DNA from: an uncultured Butyricicoccus sp.
Lineage (GTDB): Bacteria; Bacillota; Clostridia; Oscillospirales; Butyricicoccaceae
Assembly: GCA_959018045.1 (NCBI GenBank)
Contig: CAUEJN010000002.1
Span: 3,577 to 67,576 of the forward strand
DNA length: 64,000 nucleotides
Reading direction: 5' to 3'
Shown piece after piece: positions 44,183 to 54,150 of this stretch. Each line of letters opens with the position of its first letter. The first letter of the stretch is position 1. Below the pieces are notes generated by a model, which was not told the DNA's origin, ran no database searches, and saw only the letters and a list, made by a program, of their open reading frames with translations. Both the position numbers and the translations under genes were made by a program.

Positions 44183-44274
44183 AAGCAGTTCCCTCCAAAG
44201 GAAAGAATAGAAAAAACCTGAAAAAAGGGCCGAGACAGGCCCTTTTGGTTCAGTGGTTTTCGGGGAAAGGATGG

Positions 44275-45156
44275 TCAGACAGAGGGCTTGTCCTCGCACA
44301 CCGGAGCTTCTTCGGTGGGCTCAGATGTCGCCTCGGATGCTTCTCTCGTATCTTCCGCTTCTCCCGTCTTTTTTGTCTGCTTGTCCTGCGCATCGAAGGG
44401 CACGAAATCGGTGCCGGCATCCGAGAACGGGACGAAGATTTCCTCGGGCCGTTCGGGTTCGGACGCGGTGAGCAGGGGTGCGGCCAGATCGGGCCGGCTG
44501 GTCTCGATGAAGTTGACCCCGTAGGACAGCATGCGGCGCAGCTCGTCCGGGTCACTCGAATCGGTGGAGGCCAGGAACAGACCGCAGCGCAGCGCCTCAT
44601 TGCATAAGGGTTCGGTCAGAGCGTCGGGCGTACCGCGCACGCCGAACAGACGGAGGTTCTGCACCTCGCGCACGAAGGCGATGGGGTCTTCGGGGGCAGA
44701 CTGGATGTCGGCCATGATCTGGAGATCGGGGTAGCGTGCCGCAAGCCGGCCGGCATCGTACAGGGACAGACCGCAGAAGTAGGCGTTGTTGACGTACTCG
44801 GAGTACTTGAGCGACACGCGCACCTGCGCCGCAGCCTGATGGTGGTGCAGCTCGATGCCCAACCCGCCGCCGGCGGCCTTGGCCAGTTCGAGTGCCTGAC
44901 CGAAGGATACGATCTTGGGATAGGCGCGGCGGAGGTCTTCGAAGGTGTGGTCACAGGCCGTCAGCGTGGCCTGTGCCGAATGGTAGCACCCTTCCGAGCA
45001 GACCAGGGTGATGCCGTCCTTGGTCGTGTCCACAGGGAGGACACAGCCGCGTGCACCTGCGGCCGTGCCGGCCATAATGGCTTCCAGGCTGCACGGCTCG
45101 AGCCCCATTGCGCCGGGTGCGGACAGGATAAAAGAATCACGGTTGGAATAACGCAT
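44275..45156 (-). CDS. Glycerophosphodiester phosphodiesterase-fold protein, catalytic motifs degenerate
   Basis: TTKDG, FGQALEL..LGIEL, GVNFIETSRP resemble GDPD; HRG, ExD and HD motifs absent; acidic tail. Confidence 0.6.
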   Translation of the reverse strand: MRYSNRDSFILSAPGAMGLEPCSLEAIMAGTAAGARGCVLPVDTTKDGITLVCSEGCYHSAQATLTACDHTFEDLRRAYPKIVSFGQALELAKAAGGGLGIELHHHQAAAQVRVSLKYSEYVNNAYFCGLSLYDAGRLAARYPDLQIMADIQSAPEDPIAFVREVQNLRLFGVRGTPDALTEPLCNEALRCGLFLASTDSSDPDELRRMLSYGVNFIETSRPDLAAPLLTASEPERPEEIFVPFSDAGTDFVPFDAQDKQTKKTGEAEDTREASEATSEPTEEAPVCEDKPSV

Positions 45157-45190
45157 GGCGGTTCCTCTCAGTCAGACGGATGGGGTCAGC

Positions 45191-45709
45191 TCAGACGGTT
45201 TCGGGAGCGGGGTAGGTCTCGCCGAAGGTGTCGACGGTGACAGAGACCATCTTCTGCTCTGCACGGGGACGGTCATGCCAGTCGCGGGGGGTGTTGACGA
45301 TCTCGTCGGCAACGTCCATGCCCTCGACGACCATGCCGAAGGACGCATACTGGCCGTCCAGATGGGGCGCATCGGAAGTCATAATAAAGAACTGGGAGCC
45401 AGCGGAATCGGGGTCCATGGTGCGAGCCATAGACAGGACACCGCGGGTGTGTGCCAGATCGTTCTGGAAGCCGTTGGCCGTGAACTCACCGCGGATGCAG
45501 TAGTCGGGGCCGCCCATGCCGGTGCCCTCGGGGTCGCCGCCCTGGATCATAAAGCCGGGGATAACGCGGTGGAAGATGGTACCGTTATAGAAGCCCTGCT
45601 GTGCCAGAGAGATGAAGTTGCGTACGGTATTGGGAGCGACTTCGGGGTACAGCTCGGCGATGATCTTTGCGCCGGACTCCATTTCAATCGTAATCATCGG
45701 GTTCTTCAT
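45191..45709 (-). CDS. Cyclophilin-type peptidyl-prolyl isomerase
   Basis: FHRVIPGFMIQGGDP, SMAR, SQFFI, HLDGQY. Confidence 0.96.
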   Translation of the reverse strand: MKNPMITIEMESGAKIIAELYPEVAPNTVRNFISLAQQGFYNGTIFHRVIPGFMIQGGDPEGTGMGGPDYCIRGEFTANGFQNDLAHTRGVLSMARTMDPDSAGSQFFIMTSDAPHLDGQYASFGMVVEGMDVADEIVNTPRDWHDRPRAEQKMVSVTVDTFGETYPAPETV

Positions 45710-45989
45710 AGTAAAACACTCCATTTCGTGTATTTTGCTGCGTTTCTTCTATTGTAGCAAAGACGCCGGGGTTATACAAGGCGTAACGTGTTAAATTTCA
45801 GTGACCCATCCCTTACCCTTTTCGCTGCATTGTGCCCATTTCTTACAATTTGATTACGATTCTCTTAAAATTTGCAAAAGGTGATTGACAGGGACAGGTG
45901 GAATGTGGTAATTTAACTGTACTAACACGGCTAATACAGTAATACAGAAAAGAAAAAAAGGATACGAAAGAAAAGGAAGTGATGGATTC

Positions 45990-47279
45990 ATGCTTGCAAT
46001 CCCGTGGCTCAAAGCAGGAATTTTTCTCATCAGTATCATCTCGGTACTGTATCTGGTGTACTTTGCACTTTACCTCCCCTATGCGCTGCGTCCGGCGCGC
46101 AAGTGGGTCAAGCAGGCGCCGCGCTGCCGGTTTGCCGTACTGGTCGCCGCACGCAACGAGCAGGCGGTTATCGGCAACCTGGTCGAAACGCTTATGGCGC
46201 AAGATTACCCCAAGGAACTGTATGACGTGATTGTCATTCCGAATAACTGCACCGACGACACCGCAGGCGAAGCGCACCGCGCTGGCGCACTGATTATGGA
46301 ATGCACCGAGCCGGTGCGCACCAAGGGCGACGCACTGCGTCAGATCATTGATAAGCTGATGCAGCAGGATCGCTACGACGCAATCTGCGTCTTTGACGCG
46401 GATAATCTGGTAGACCCGGGCTTCCTCGCAGGCATGAATGACGCATGGTGCGCAGGCGTGCCGGCAGGTCAGGGCTATCGTGATAGTAAGAACCCGCAGG
46501 ACAGCATGATCTCTGCCTGCTACTCCATCTACTACTGGATGGTCAACCGCCTGTTCAGCCAGACCCGTGCCCATGTCGGCCTGTCCGCTGTGGTCAACGG
46601 CTCGGGCTTCATGGTATCCATGGATTGGCTGCGCCGCCACGACGGCTGGCACACCGTTACCCTGACCGAGGACATCGAGTTCACTACCCAGTGCATCTTG
46701 GGCGGCGAGCGGGTGGCATGGGTGCCCGAGGCAAAGACCTATGACGAGCAGCCCATCACCTTCGCACAGTCCTGGAGACAGCGCTGCCGCTGGTCGGTCG
46801 GCCTCATCCAGTGCCTGCGCGTGTACGGCCCGCGCCTCATCCGTGACCGCCACTGCGCAAATGGTCAGCTGCATGCCCGTCTGGATCAGATTCTGTTCCT
46901 CTTCGCACCGATGTTCCAGCTTATGTATCTCATCTCCCTCGCAATGACCGGTATTCTGGGCGCATTGCAGATTCACTACGCGGTTGCTCCGTATAGTGAC
47001 GTGCTCTATGAGCCCCTCATGTCGCTCGCAATGTCCTTTGTCGGCACCGTCGTCCTGGCAATGGCTGTCATTGTCCTCGAACGTAAACCCCTGCTGAATA
47101 TGGGTAAGGGCGTTCTGGGCTATTGGCTGTTCGTCATGAGCTGGATTCCGATTAACATCGTGGCTCTGTGCAACCCGAATCTGGAGTGGAAGGCGATTCC
47201 GCATACCCGTAGCCTGCGCATGGATCAGATGAAGGATACGGGCGCAATGAAGGGCGTGAAGATGGAGAAGAGCCGCTAA
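45990..47279 (+). CDS. Membrane glycosyltransferase, family 2
   Basis: AARNE, DAD, TED, QRCRW (D,D,D,QxxRW) motifs with TM segments. Confidence 0.92.
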   Translation: MLAIPWLKAGIFLISIISVLYLVYFALYLPYALRPARKWVKQAPRCRFAVLVAARNEQAVIGNLVETLMAQDYPKELYDVIVIPNNCTDDTAGEAHRAGALIMECTEPVRTKGDALRQIIDKLMQQDRYDAICVFDADNLVDPGFLAGMNDAWCAGVPAGQGYRDSKNPQDSMISACYSIYYWMVNRLFSQTRAHVGLSAVVNGSGFMVSMDWLRRHDGWHTVTLTEDIEFTTQCILGGERVAWVPEAKTYDEQPITFAQSWRQRCRWSVGLIQCLRVYGPRLIRDRHCANGQLHARLDQILFLFAPMFQLMYLISLAMTGILGALQIHYAVAPYSDVLYEPLMSLAMSFVGTVVLAMAVIVLERKPLLNMGKGVLGYWLFVMSWIPINIVALCNPNLEWKAIPHTRSLRMDQMKDTGAMKGVKMEKSR

Positions 47280-47291
47280 GAAACGCCTAAC

Positions 47292-47762
47292 CACTGCACC
47301 CCTAATTAAAGCTTTCGCCAGCCTTTCTCGAACCTTGCGGAACCCGAAAAGGCCCCTGTGGGGCGTTTTCCCGCAAGGCTGTGGCCGACTCGTTCGGCCA
47401 AGGCCCTAACACGCGGGCACTGTTGCCCTGAGCCGCCATCCGCAGATGGCGGAACTCCCCTTTTGATTTTCCCGATCTCCCGCGAGGGAAAATCAACTAA
47501 AATAAAAAAATAAAAGCGCGTCCGCAGACGCGCAATCTCTGGAAAGACCAACCAGCCGGTTGGTCTTTCCTTTTTGTTTGTTTGGGTTGATTCCCGGGTC
47601 GGACACCGGGAATCAAAGAAGCGTTTCGAGCCTGCGGGCTCGACCAGGTTCCACCTGGACGGGCCAGCACACTCATATTATCCGCGCACGGCGCGGGAAT
47701 AAGGATAGTGGCCTACGGGCTGCGCGGCTGGATCGCGCCGAGCCACAGGCCCGGACCCATTC
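47292..47762. repeat. Modular hairpin repeat copy R12 (two arms, with nested insertions)
   Basis: Standard modules interrupted by extra hairpins at about 47333-47375 and 47667-47720. Confidence 0.93.
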
Positions 47763-47896
47763 TTGGCGTGCTCTCGTTTCATGGGTGCCGGGCGGCTCGC
47801 TCAGCAACCCCCTTTGAAATCAATGAAACCTACACAAATAATTTCCTGAAATAAAAGAAATAATCACATGAAATCAGAAAACAAACCCTCGATATT

Positions 47897-48565
47897 TCAC
47901 TCTTTTTCCGGCGGCAGAACGTGCTTTTGGATGCCCGACCACGCCAGGAAGCTAGCGATAAAGTTCGGAATCGCGCAGCCGACCAATAAAGTTGCCGGAA
48001 TGGACAGCGGGAAGAACATAATTTCCAGCGCAATCAGTGCCAAAATCAGCAGTGCAACCGGAAAACTGTAATAAAGCCGCAGCATAGCCAGTAAAATGGC
48101 GTCGCGGACGCAGTCCCAGAACGAGAGTGTGGTCGAGGTCAGCAGCGGATACAGATACAGCCAGACCATAGTCAGGATGAGCAGCGCAGCGAGGGTAATC
48201 AGCCAGATGGCTGAGCCTGCCGGATAGAGCACCAGTCCGAGCAGTCCGCCGCCGTACACCAACGCCGTGACCAGACCAAGTACGGTCGAAGCCTTCCAGT
48301 TCTCGCGAAAACCGCGCCAATAATCGTACCAGACATCGTTCGGGATGTCGCGCACCATGCGCACAGTGACCTTGGTCATCGCACCCATGGCTGCACCGAT
48401 GGTCACAATCGGGATGCAGGTCAGCAAAAACAGCACGTTGAGCTTGACCAGCGCCCAGAATTCACGGATAAAGATTTCAAAAAACAGTGCAAGACCGGTT
48501 TTTGGCGGGGCATCCTTGTCGATACCGGGGCCGGGTTTGACATAATTGGGGGGAAACAGACCCAT
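47897..48565 (-). CDS. YesL/DUF624-like membrane protein
   Basis: LNVLFLLTCIPIVTIGAA, FRENWK motifs. Confidence 0.82.
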   Translation of the reverse strand: MGLFPPNYVKPGPGIDKDAPPKTGLALFFEIFIREFWALVKLNVLFLLTCIPIVTIGAAMGAMTKVTVRMVRDIPNDVWYDYWRGFRENWKASTVLGLVTALVYGGGLLGLVLYPAGSAIWLITLAALLILTMVWLYLYPLLTSTTLSFWDCVRDAILLAMLRLYYSFPVALLILALIALEIMFFPLSIPATLLVGCAIPNFIASFLAWSGIQKHVLPPEKE

Positions 48566-48974
48566 GCGGTCGCTCTCCTTTCAGCCGGTGTTTTCTCCAT
48601 CTTAACACAGGGCTGAGGGCGCGCGCAAGCCCGGAAGCAGGCCATACATCGTGCACAAGATATTTTTGGAAAATGATTTATTTTTTGCACAAAACAAAAA
48701 AATTGTGTTATAATCAAAATGGAGAATTTCAAGCTGACGAAAATGCCCATGCGTATGTGACAAAAACACGTGCGAGCCGTACATCGCGGGGAAAAATGGC
48801 GTGTGTTTCCCGCTTTCCGGCTGCATTTCCGGCGCGTCCAAAAACAGAATGCTGCTTGTTTCGAAATCCAGAAACAAAAATTATCAGATTCGCCCATTGT
48901 ACCGGCCTGCATCAGCTGGTATCCTGTAACATAGAACGAATGTTTTCTGTAACACACAAGGAGGCACGAATCTT

Positions 48975-50333
48975 ATGAAGCTGACTGTTATTGGCGGCGG
49001 CGGCGTCCGCTCGATGTTCCTGGCAAAGAGTATCGCCCAGCGCGCCCGTGATCTGCATATTACCGAGCTTGTATTTATGGATACCGACGCGGAGAAGCTG
49101 CGCATCTATGGCGGACTTGCCCGCCACGTGGCGCGTATGCTGAATGCCGATCTGACGTTCACCCTGATGACCGATGCCGATGAAGCGGTACGCGATGCCG
49201 ATTATATCATCACGACCATCCGTGTCGGCGGCGACCACACCCGCGTGCGTGACGAGCGCATCGCGCTCGATCTCGGCATTCTGGGTCAGGAAACCACCGG
49301 CGCTGCCGGTCTTTCGTTTGCCATGCGTTCGGTACCGGCTCTGGCTGGCTACTGCGAGCGCATCAAGCGCCTGTCCAAGCCCACGGTCAAGGTGTTTAAC
49401 TTCACCAACCCCGCAGGCGTTGTTTCTCAGGCGCTGCGCGACATGGGCTACGACTTCACCTATGGTATCTGCGACGCACCGAGCGGCATGCTGCATCAGT
49501 TTGCCGACCTGTACGGCGTTTCCGCCGACCGCATCGTGGGCGAGTGCTATGGTCTGAACCACCTGTCTTACTTCCGCTCCATCCAGATCGACGGCAAGGA
49601 GCTCATGCCCGAGCTGATCGCGCGTCCGGATGCTTACGAAAAGACCGACCTGCGCTTCTTTAAGCCCGACCTGATCGAGCACATGGGCTGCGTGCTCAAC
49701 GAGTACCTGTACTATTTCTATTACCGCGAGCAGGCTGTACAGAATATTCTGAACGCCGGTGTGACCCGCGGTGAGGTCATCGAGGACATCAACCGCAGGA
49801 TGACCGCCGAGCTGTCCACGATGGACATTGACGGTGATTTTGAGAGCTGCCTTGCATGCTTTGAGAAGTGGTACGGCAAGCGCGAGGACGCATACATGGC
49901 AAACGAGACCGGCGTACGCCGCGACAAGCCGTGGAAGTTCGACGTATTCTCGCCCGACGCTGGCGGTTACGCAGGCGTTGCGCTGCGCTTTATCGAGCTG
50001 ATCGAGTCGGGTAAGACCGGCAGCATGATTCTGTGCGCACCCAACCAGGGCGCAATCCCGGGTCTTATGGACGACGACATCGTAGAGATTACCTGCGATA
50101 TCTCGCGCGAGGGCGCAAAGCCGCATAAGGTAGAAAATGCCGATCCGCGCGCACTGGAGCTCATCCGCCGCGTCAAGAGCTACGAGCGACTGGCTGCTAA
50201 GGCCATCGTGCACCGCGACCGTCAGGCTGCAATCGATTGCCTGATGCTGCATCCGCTGGTTAACTCGTACTCGCTGGCGGTCAAGCTGGCAGACGCGTAC
50301 TTTGAACTCAATGCACCCTTCCTCGGTGCATAA
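48975..50333 (+). CDS. Glycoside hydrolase family 4 (6-phospho-beta-glucosidase-like)
   Basis: IGGGG, IRVGG, GQETTGAAG, NFTNP, GICD, GLNHL. Confidence 0.92.
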   Translation: MKLTVIGGGGVRSMFLAKSIAQRARDLHITELVFMDTDAEKLRIYGGLARHVARMLNADLTFTLMTDADEAVRDADYIITTIRVGGDHTRVRDERIALDLGILGQETTGAAGLSFAMRSVPALAGYCERIKRLSKPTVKVFNFTNPAGVVSQALRDMGYDFTYGICDAPSGMLHQFADLYGVSADRIVGECYGLNHLSYFRSIQIDGKELMPELIARPDAYEKTDLRFFKPDLIEHMGCVLNEYLYYFYYREQAVQNILNAGVTRGEVIEDINRRMTAELSTMDIDGDFESCLACFEKWYGKREDAYMANETGVRRDKPWKFDVFSPDAGGYAGVALRFIELIESGKTGSMILCAPNQGAIPGLMDDDIVEITCDISREGAKPHKVENADPRALELIRRVKSYERLAAKAIVHRDRQAAIDCLMLHPLVNSYSLAVKLADAYFELNAPFLGA

Positions 50334-50347
50334 AAGGAGGGGCGTTT

Positions 50348-51250
50348 ATGTCTTTTGCCGCAGGCGCAGGCAGTATCAACGTCGATCTGCTGTTTGAGGG
50401 GCTGCCGCGCATCCCGAACGAGGGTGAGGAGCTGTTTGCCCGTGGATTTTCGCTGCAAATGGGCGGCGGCGTCCCGGCGACCCTTCTGAACCTCTCCGGA
50501 CTGGGCGTTCCCGTGCGCATTCTGACCGGACTGGGCGAGGATATGTTTTCCGAGTTTGCCCGCCGTAGGTTTGACGAATTTGGCGCTACGCCCTACAACC
50601 TGGCTGAGGGTGAGAGCGGGATTCCGCTCAACATCACGGCCGCCATCCTGACTCCGAACGACCGTACGTTCGTCTCGTATACCGATGGCCTGAACGCGAG
50701 TGCAGACCGTGTGTATGAGGCAGCCAAGGGAGCGAAGGTCGTAGAGATGGGACGGGACTATCTGCCGGCCTACCGTAAGCTCAAATCCGAGGGCACGATT
50801 CTGGTGTTTGACACTGGATGGGACGACGATATGAGCCTTGACAGCTACCGGGAGTACCTGGAGCTGGCCGATTATTACACGCCGAACCAGAAGGAAGCCT
50901 TGAAGATCACCGGGACGGACAATCCGTCGGACGCGGCCCAGGTGCTCGAGCAGTTTTTTGACCGTGTGATCGTCAAGCTGGACAAAGACGGCTGCCTGAT
51001 TCGAGAGAACGGGCGCGAGCGCGTGATTGCGAACATTCCGGTCGTTCATCGCGACTCGACCGGAGCGGGCGATGCGTTCCTGGCCGGACTGATGTACGGA
51101 CTGTACCACGATTACAGCTTCGAACAGAGCGTGCTGTTCGGCAACATCACGGGCGGAACGTGCGTGACGGCGGTAGGATGCCTGTCTGCACGGCTGACCG
51201 AGTCCGAGCTTCTGGAAAAATTCAAGCAATATCAACATTTGCTCGGGTGA
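50348..51250 (+). CDS. PfkB-family carbohydrate kinase
   Basis: GGG, PNQKEA, DSTGAGDAF. Confidence 0.92.
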   Translation: MSFAAGAGSINVDLLFEGLPRIPNEGEELFARGFSLQMGGGVPATLLNLSGLGVPVRILTGLGEDMFSEFARRRFDEFGATPYNLAEGESGIPLNITAAILTPNDRTFVSYTDGLNASADRVYEAAKGAKVVEMGRDYLPAYRKLKSEGTILVFDTGWDDDMSLDSYREYLELADYYTPNQKEALKITGTDNPSDAAQVLEQFFDRVIVKLDKDGCLIRENGRERVIANIPVVHRDSTGAGDAFLAGLMYGLYHDYSFEQSVLFGNITGGTCVTAVGCLSARLTESELLEKFKQYQHLLG

Positions 51251-51297
51251 TGCACCGGGCGCAGGATTTTAGAAAAGAGAAAGTTGGCATAAAGATT

Positions 51298-52296
51298 ATG
51301 ACAATACGTGAGTTTGCGAAACTGTGTGATGTATCCCCCGCGACGGCATCGCGTTTTTTCAGCGGCCGCGGCTCGATCAGTGAGCCGGTGCGCCTGCGCA
51401 TTGAGCAGATGGCCAAGAAGACCGGCTATGCACCTCCGGATTCTTTCCGTGGACGCCGCAAGACCAGTGCGCTGATCGTGGTGATCATTCCGAACTTCCG
51501 CCAGTGCTTCTTTAATGATATGATCGAGCAGCTGCGCACCTACGCCGAGCGTATGGGCAAGCGCCTGCTCATCATGCCCATCGATCAGAGCAACCCGCAG
51601 AATACGCTTGCGCTGATCTCGGCATGCGAGCCGATGGGCGTCATTCTGCTGCACGAGAGCGTAGACTTCCCGCTTGCGGACGCTCTCAGCCGCCGCAATC
51701 TGCCGGTTATTGTCTGCGGCGCACTGGCAGCGGGCAGAAGATTCTCTGCGGTACACATCGACGACATGATGGCGGCATACGACGGCACGAACTACCTGAT
51801 CGGCTTAGGCCACAGCAAGATCGGCTTCCTGACCGACGCATCCCGCGCGATTTCGTCGGGCTTCCAGCGTCTGACCGGCTGCCGCAAGGCGATGGAGGAC
51901 GAGCACCGGACGTTCGACGACAGCTACACCCAGCCGGGCGGTATGACCTACGAGGACGGCTACGAAGGCGTTGCCGCGCTGATCGAGCGTCACCCCGACC
52001 TGACCGCGATTTTTGCGTTCAGTGACGATCTGGCAGCGGGTGCGATTGCCCGCCTGCGTGAGATGGGCCGCCGCGTACCGGAGGATATTTCTGTACTGGG
52101 CTTTGATGATAACTCGATGGCGCGCCGGTTCTCGCCTGCATTGACCACCGTACATCAGCCGATGGAACAGATTGCACAGAAGACGCTCGAGCGCCTGGCA
52201 AATATGCAGGGTGCACACGACGTTTCTTCGCTGACCATGGCCTGCGAGATTGTGGAGCGTGCGAGCTGCCGCGCACTCGACCCGAGCGAAATGTAA
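51298..52296 (+). CDS. LacI-family transcriptional regulator
   Basis: [36 protein letters not shown]. Confidence 0.94.
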   Translation: MTIREFAKLCDVSPATASRFFSGRGSISEPVRLRIEQMAKKTGYAPPDSFRGRRKTSALIVVIIPNFRQCFFNDMIEQLRTYAERMGKRLLIMPIDQSNPQNTLALISACEPMGVILLHESVDFPLADALSRRNLPVIVCGALAAGRRFSAVHIDDMMAAYDGTNYLIGLGHSKIGFLTDASRAISSGFQRLTGCRKAMEDEHRTFDDSYTQPGGMTYEDGYEGVAALIERHPDLTAIFAFSDDLAAGAIARLREMGRRVPEDISVLGFDDNSMARRFSPALTTVHQPMEQIAQKTLERLANMQGAHDVSSLTMACEIVERASCRALDPSEM

Positions 52297-52527
52297 AAAT
52301 AAGAGAGAAAAGGCTGCAGACACGCGGGATTTTATCCTGCGTGTCTTTTTTTGTCCGTGCGTGGCGGACAAAAAAGAAGAGTGTAAATTTATGGAGTAAT
52401 ATGCACAATTTATGGAAAGTTTAATAGTAACTTTTGGACGTGTTCGATATTGCGTTTCCTGTTCGTAAGTAGTATGATAGATGCAATGCAAAAAGAGAAC
52501 GAGAAACAGGATGGGAGGCGTATAAAT

Positions 52528-52626
52528 ATGGGCATGTTTTTTGACCTGGTGCGCCAGCTGAAGGCCGAGAACGGAAAGCAGTATGTGGAGAACAAACTGC
52601 AGGTAAATACAGCAACTCAGCATTGA
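52528..52626 (+). CDS. Small ORF, 32 aa (MGMFFDLVRQLKAENGKQYVENKLQVNTATQH)
   Basis: GGGAGG RBS upstream, lies alone in an intergenic gap, GC hairpin plus T run at about 52657-52684. Confidence 0.55.
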   Translation: MGMFFDLVRQLKAENGKQYVENKLQVNTATQH

Positions 52627-52788
52627 TATGTATGGAATAAAGACGAAAAAAGCGGAAAAGCGCGGCCGAGAGGCCGCGTTTTTTCGTGTCTGCCGAGCGG
52701 GAGCAGATTGGGCAAAAGGCGGGATGGTTTTTCGTATGGTACTGTGATACAATAATAGCAATACGAAAAAAGAAGGGGTCATGTTTTT

Positions 52789-53511
52789 ATGATAGAGTCA
52801 CATGGCACGTGGTACCGCAGAGGTCTGCGCGACGGCGTGCCCATCGGCCTTGGCTATCTGGCCGTATCGTTTACATTGGGCATTGCAGCCAAGGTCAGCG
52901 GCATGGGCGCGGGGGACGCGACGCTCATGAGCCTGCTCAACAATACCTCAGCCGGAGAATTCGCCGCACTGGGCATCATCGCCGCCGGCGCACCGTATTT
53001 AGAGATGGCATTCACCCAGCTGGTCATCAACCTGCGCTATCTGCTTATGTCGTGCGCCCTGAGCCAGAAAATCGCACCGGAAACCCCGATTTGGCAGCGT
53101 CTGATGATGGGTTATACGGTCACTGACGAGATTTTCGCGATTTCCGCCGCCGTTCCCGGTCGATTAGACCCATTTTATTGCCTGGGGGCAATCTCGGTTG
53201 CCGCACCCGGCTGGGCGCTCGGTACTTGTCTGGGCGTCCTGCTCGGCAATGCCCTGCCCGGTCGTATCGTGTCCGCGTTGTCGGTCGCCCTGTACGGCAT
53301 GTTCCTCGCCGTCATCCTGCCGCCTGCGCGTAAAAGTAAGGTCATCGCGGGTGTGGTCGCGGCTTCTATGATCGCAAGCGCCCTCTTTACCTATCTGCCC
53401 GTGCTCTCCGGCCTGTCCTCGGGCACGCGCATCATCATTTTGACCGTACTCATCGCGGGAGCCGCCGCAATTTTGTTCCCAATCCCGGAGGAAAACGACC
53501 ATGCAGCCTAA
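52789..53511 (+). CDS. azlC: AzlC-family branched-chain amino acid exporter
   Basis: GLRDGVPIGLGY, SAGEF, NLRYLLMS, TDEIFA. Confidence 0.9.
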   Translation: MIESHGTWYRRGLRDGVPIGLGYLAVSFTLGIAAKVSGMGAGDATLMSLLNNTSAGEFAALGIIAAGAPYLEMAFTQLVINLRYLLMSCALSQKIAPETPIWQRLMMGYTVTDEIFAISAAVPGRLDPFYCLGAISVAAPGWALGTCLGVLLGNALPGRIVSALSVALYGMFLAVILPPARKSKVIAGVVAASMIASALFTYLPVLSGLSSGTRIIILTVLIAGAAAILFPIPEENDHAA

Positions 53512-53809
53512 TGTATATGTATATATCGCGGTCATGGCGCTGGTGACTTACCTCATCCGCGTCCTTCCCTTGACTTTAATCCGCCGCCAGATTCAAAACC
53601 GTACCATCCGCTCGTTTTTGTTCTATATGCCTTACGCAACCTTGGCCGTCATGACTTTCCCGGCCATCCTGAGCGCAACCGGTACCCCGTGGTCGGCTCT
53701 CGTCGGCTTAATTGTCGCCGCTGCGATGGCATGGCGCGGCTGTTCATTGTTCACCGTCGCAAGCGTCGCCTGCGTCGCGGTGTTCGCCGCCGAATGCGTC
53801 TTGCTCTGA
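53501..53809 (+). CDS. azlD: AzlD-family protein
   Basis: MALVTYLIRVLP, FLFYMPYA; overlaps azlC stop. Confidence 0.88.
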   Translation: MQPNVYVYIAVMALVTYLIRVLPLTLIRRQIQNRTIRSFLFYMPYATLAVMTFPAILSATGTPWSALVGLIVAAAMAWRGCSLFTVASVACVAVFAAECVLL

Positions 53810-54042
53810 ATCCCGCCCGCAGGCGCAATAAAGTTTCGATCAAACCTTTTCAAAGGTTTGCGGGTTCTCAGGGCAGAGCCCTGAGTCGTGTCCCGCAGGA
53901 CACGAAATCTCCTATTGATTCCCGGTGTCCGACCCGGGAATCAATAAAAAAAGATGAAAAGCGCCGCCCGCAGGCGGCAAGATTCCCCCGCGGCTGAAAG
54001 CCGCTCATGAAAACCGACCTGCCGGATCGGTTTTCTTTTTTT
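53810..54042 (+). repeat. Modular hairpin repeat copy R13 (single arm)
   Basis: Starts at the azlD stop; ends in hairpin plus T tract. Confidence 0.95.
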
Positions 54043-54150
54043 ACCCCTAATTCTGTAATCAATCTATCACTTTCCCTCAGCCCTTCCCCGTGATACAATG
54101 GGTTTAAGGCAACCGCCCGTTGTCGATCACCCCAAAGGAGGACAATCGTT

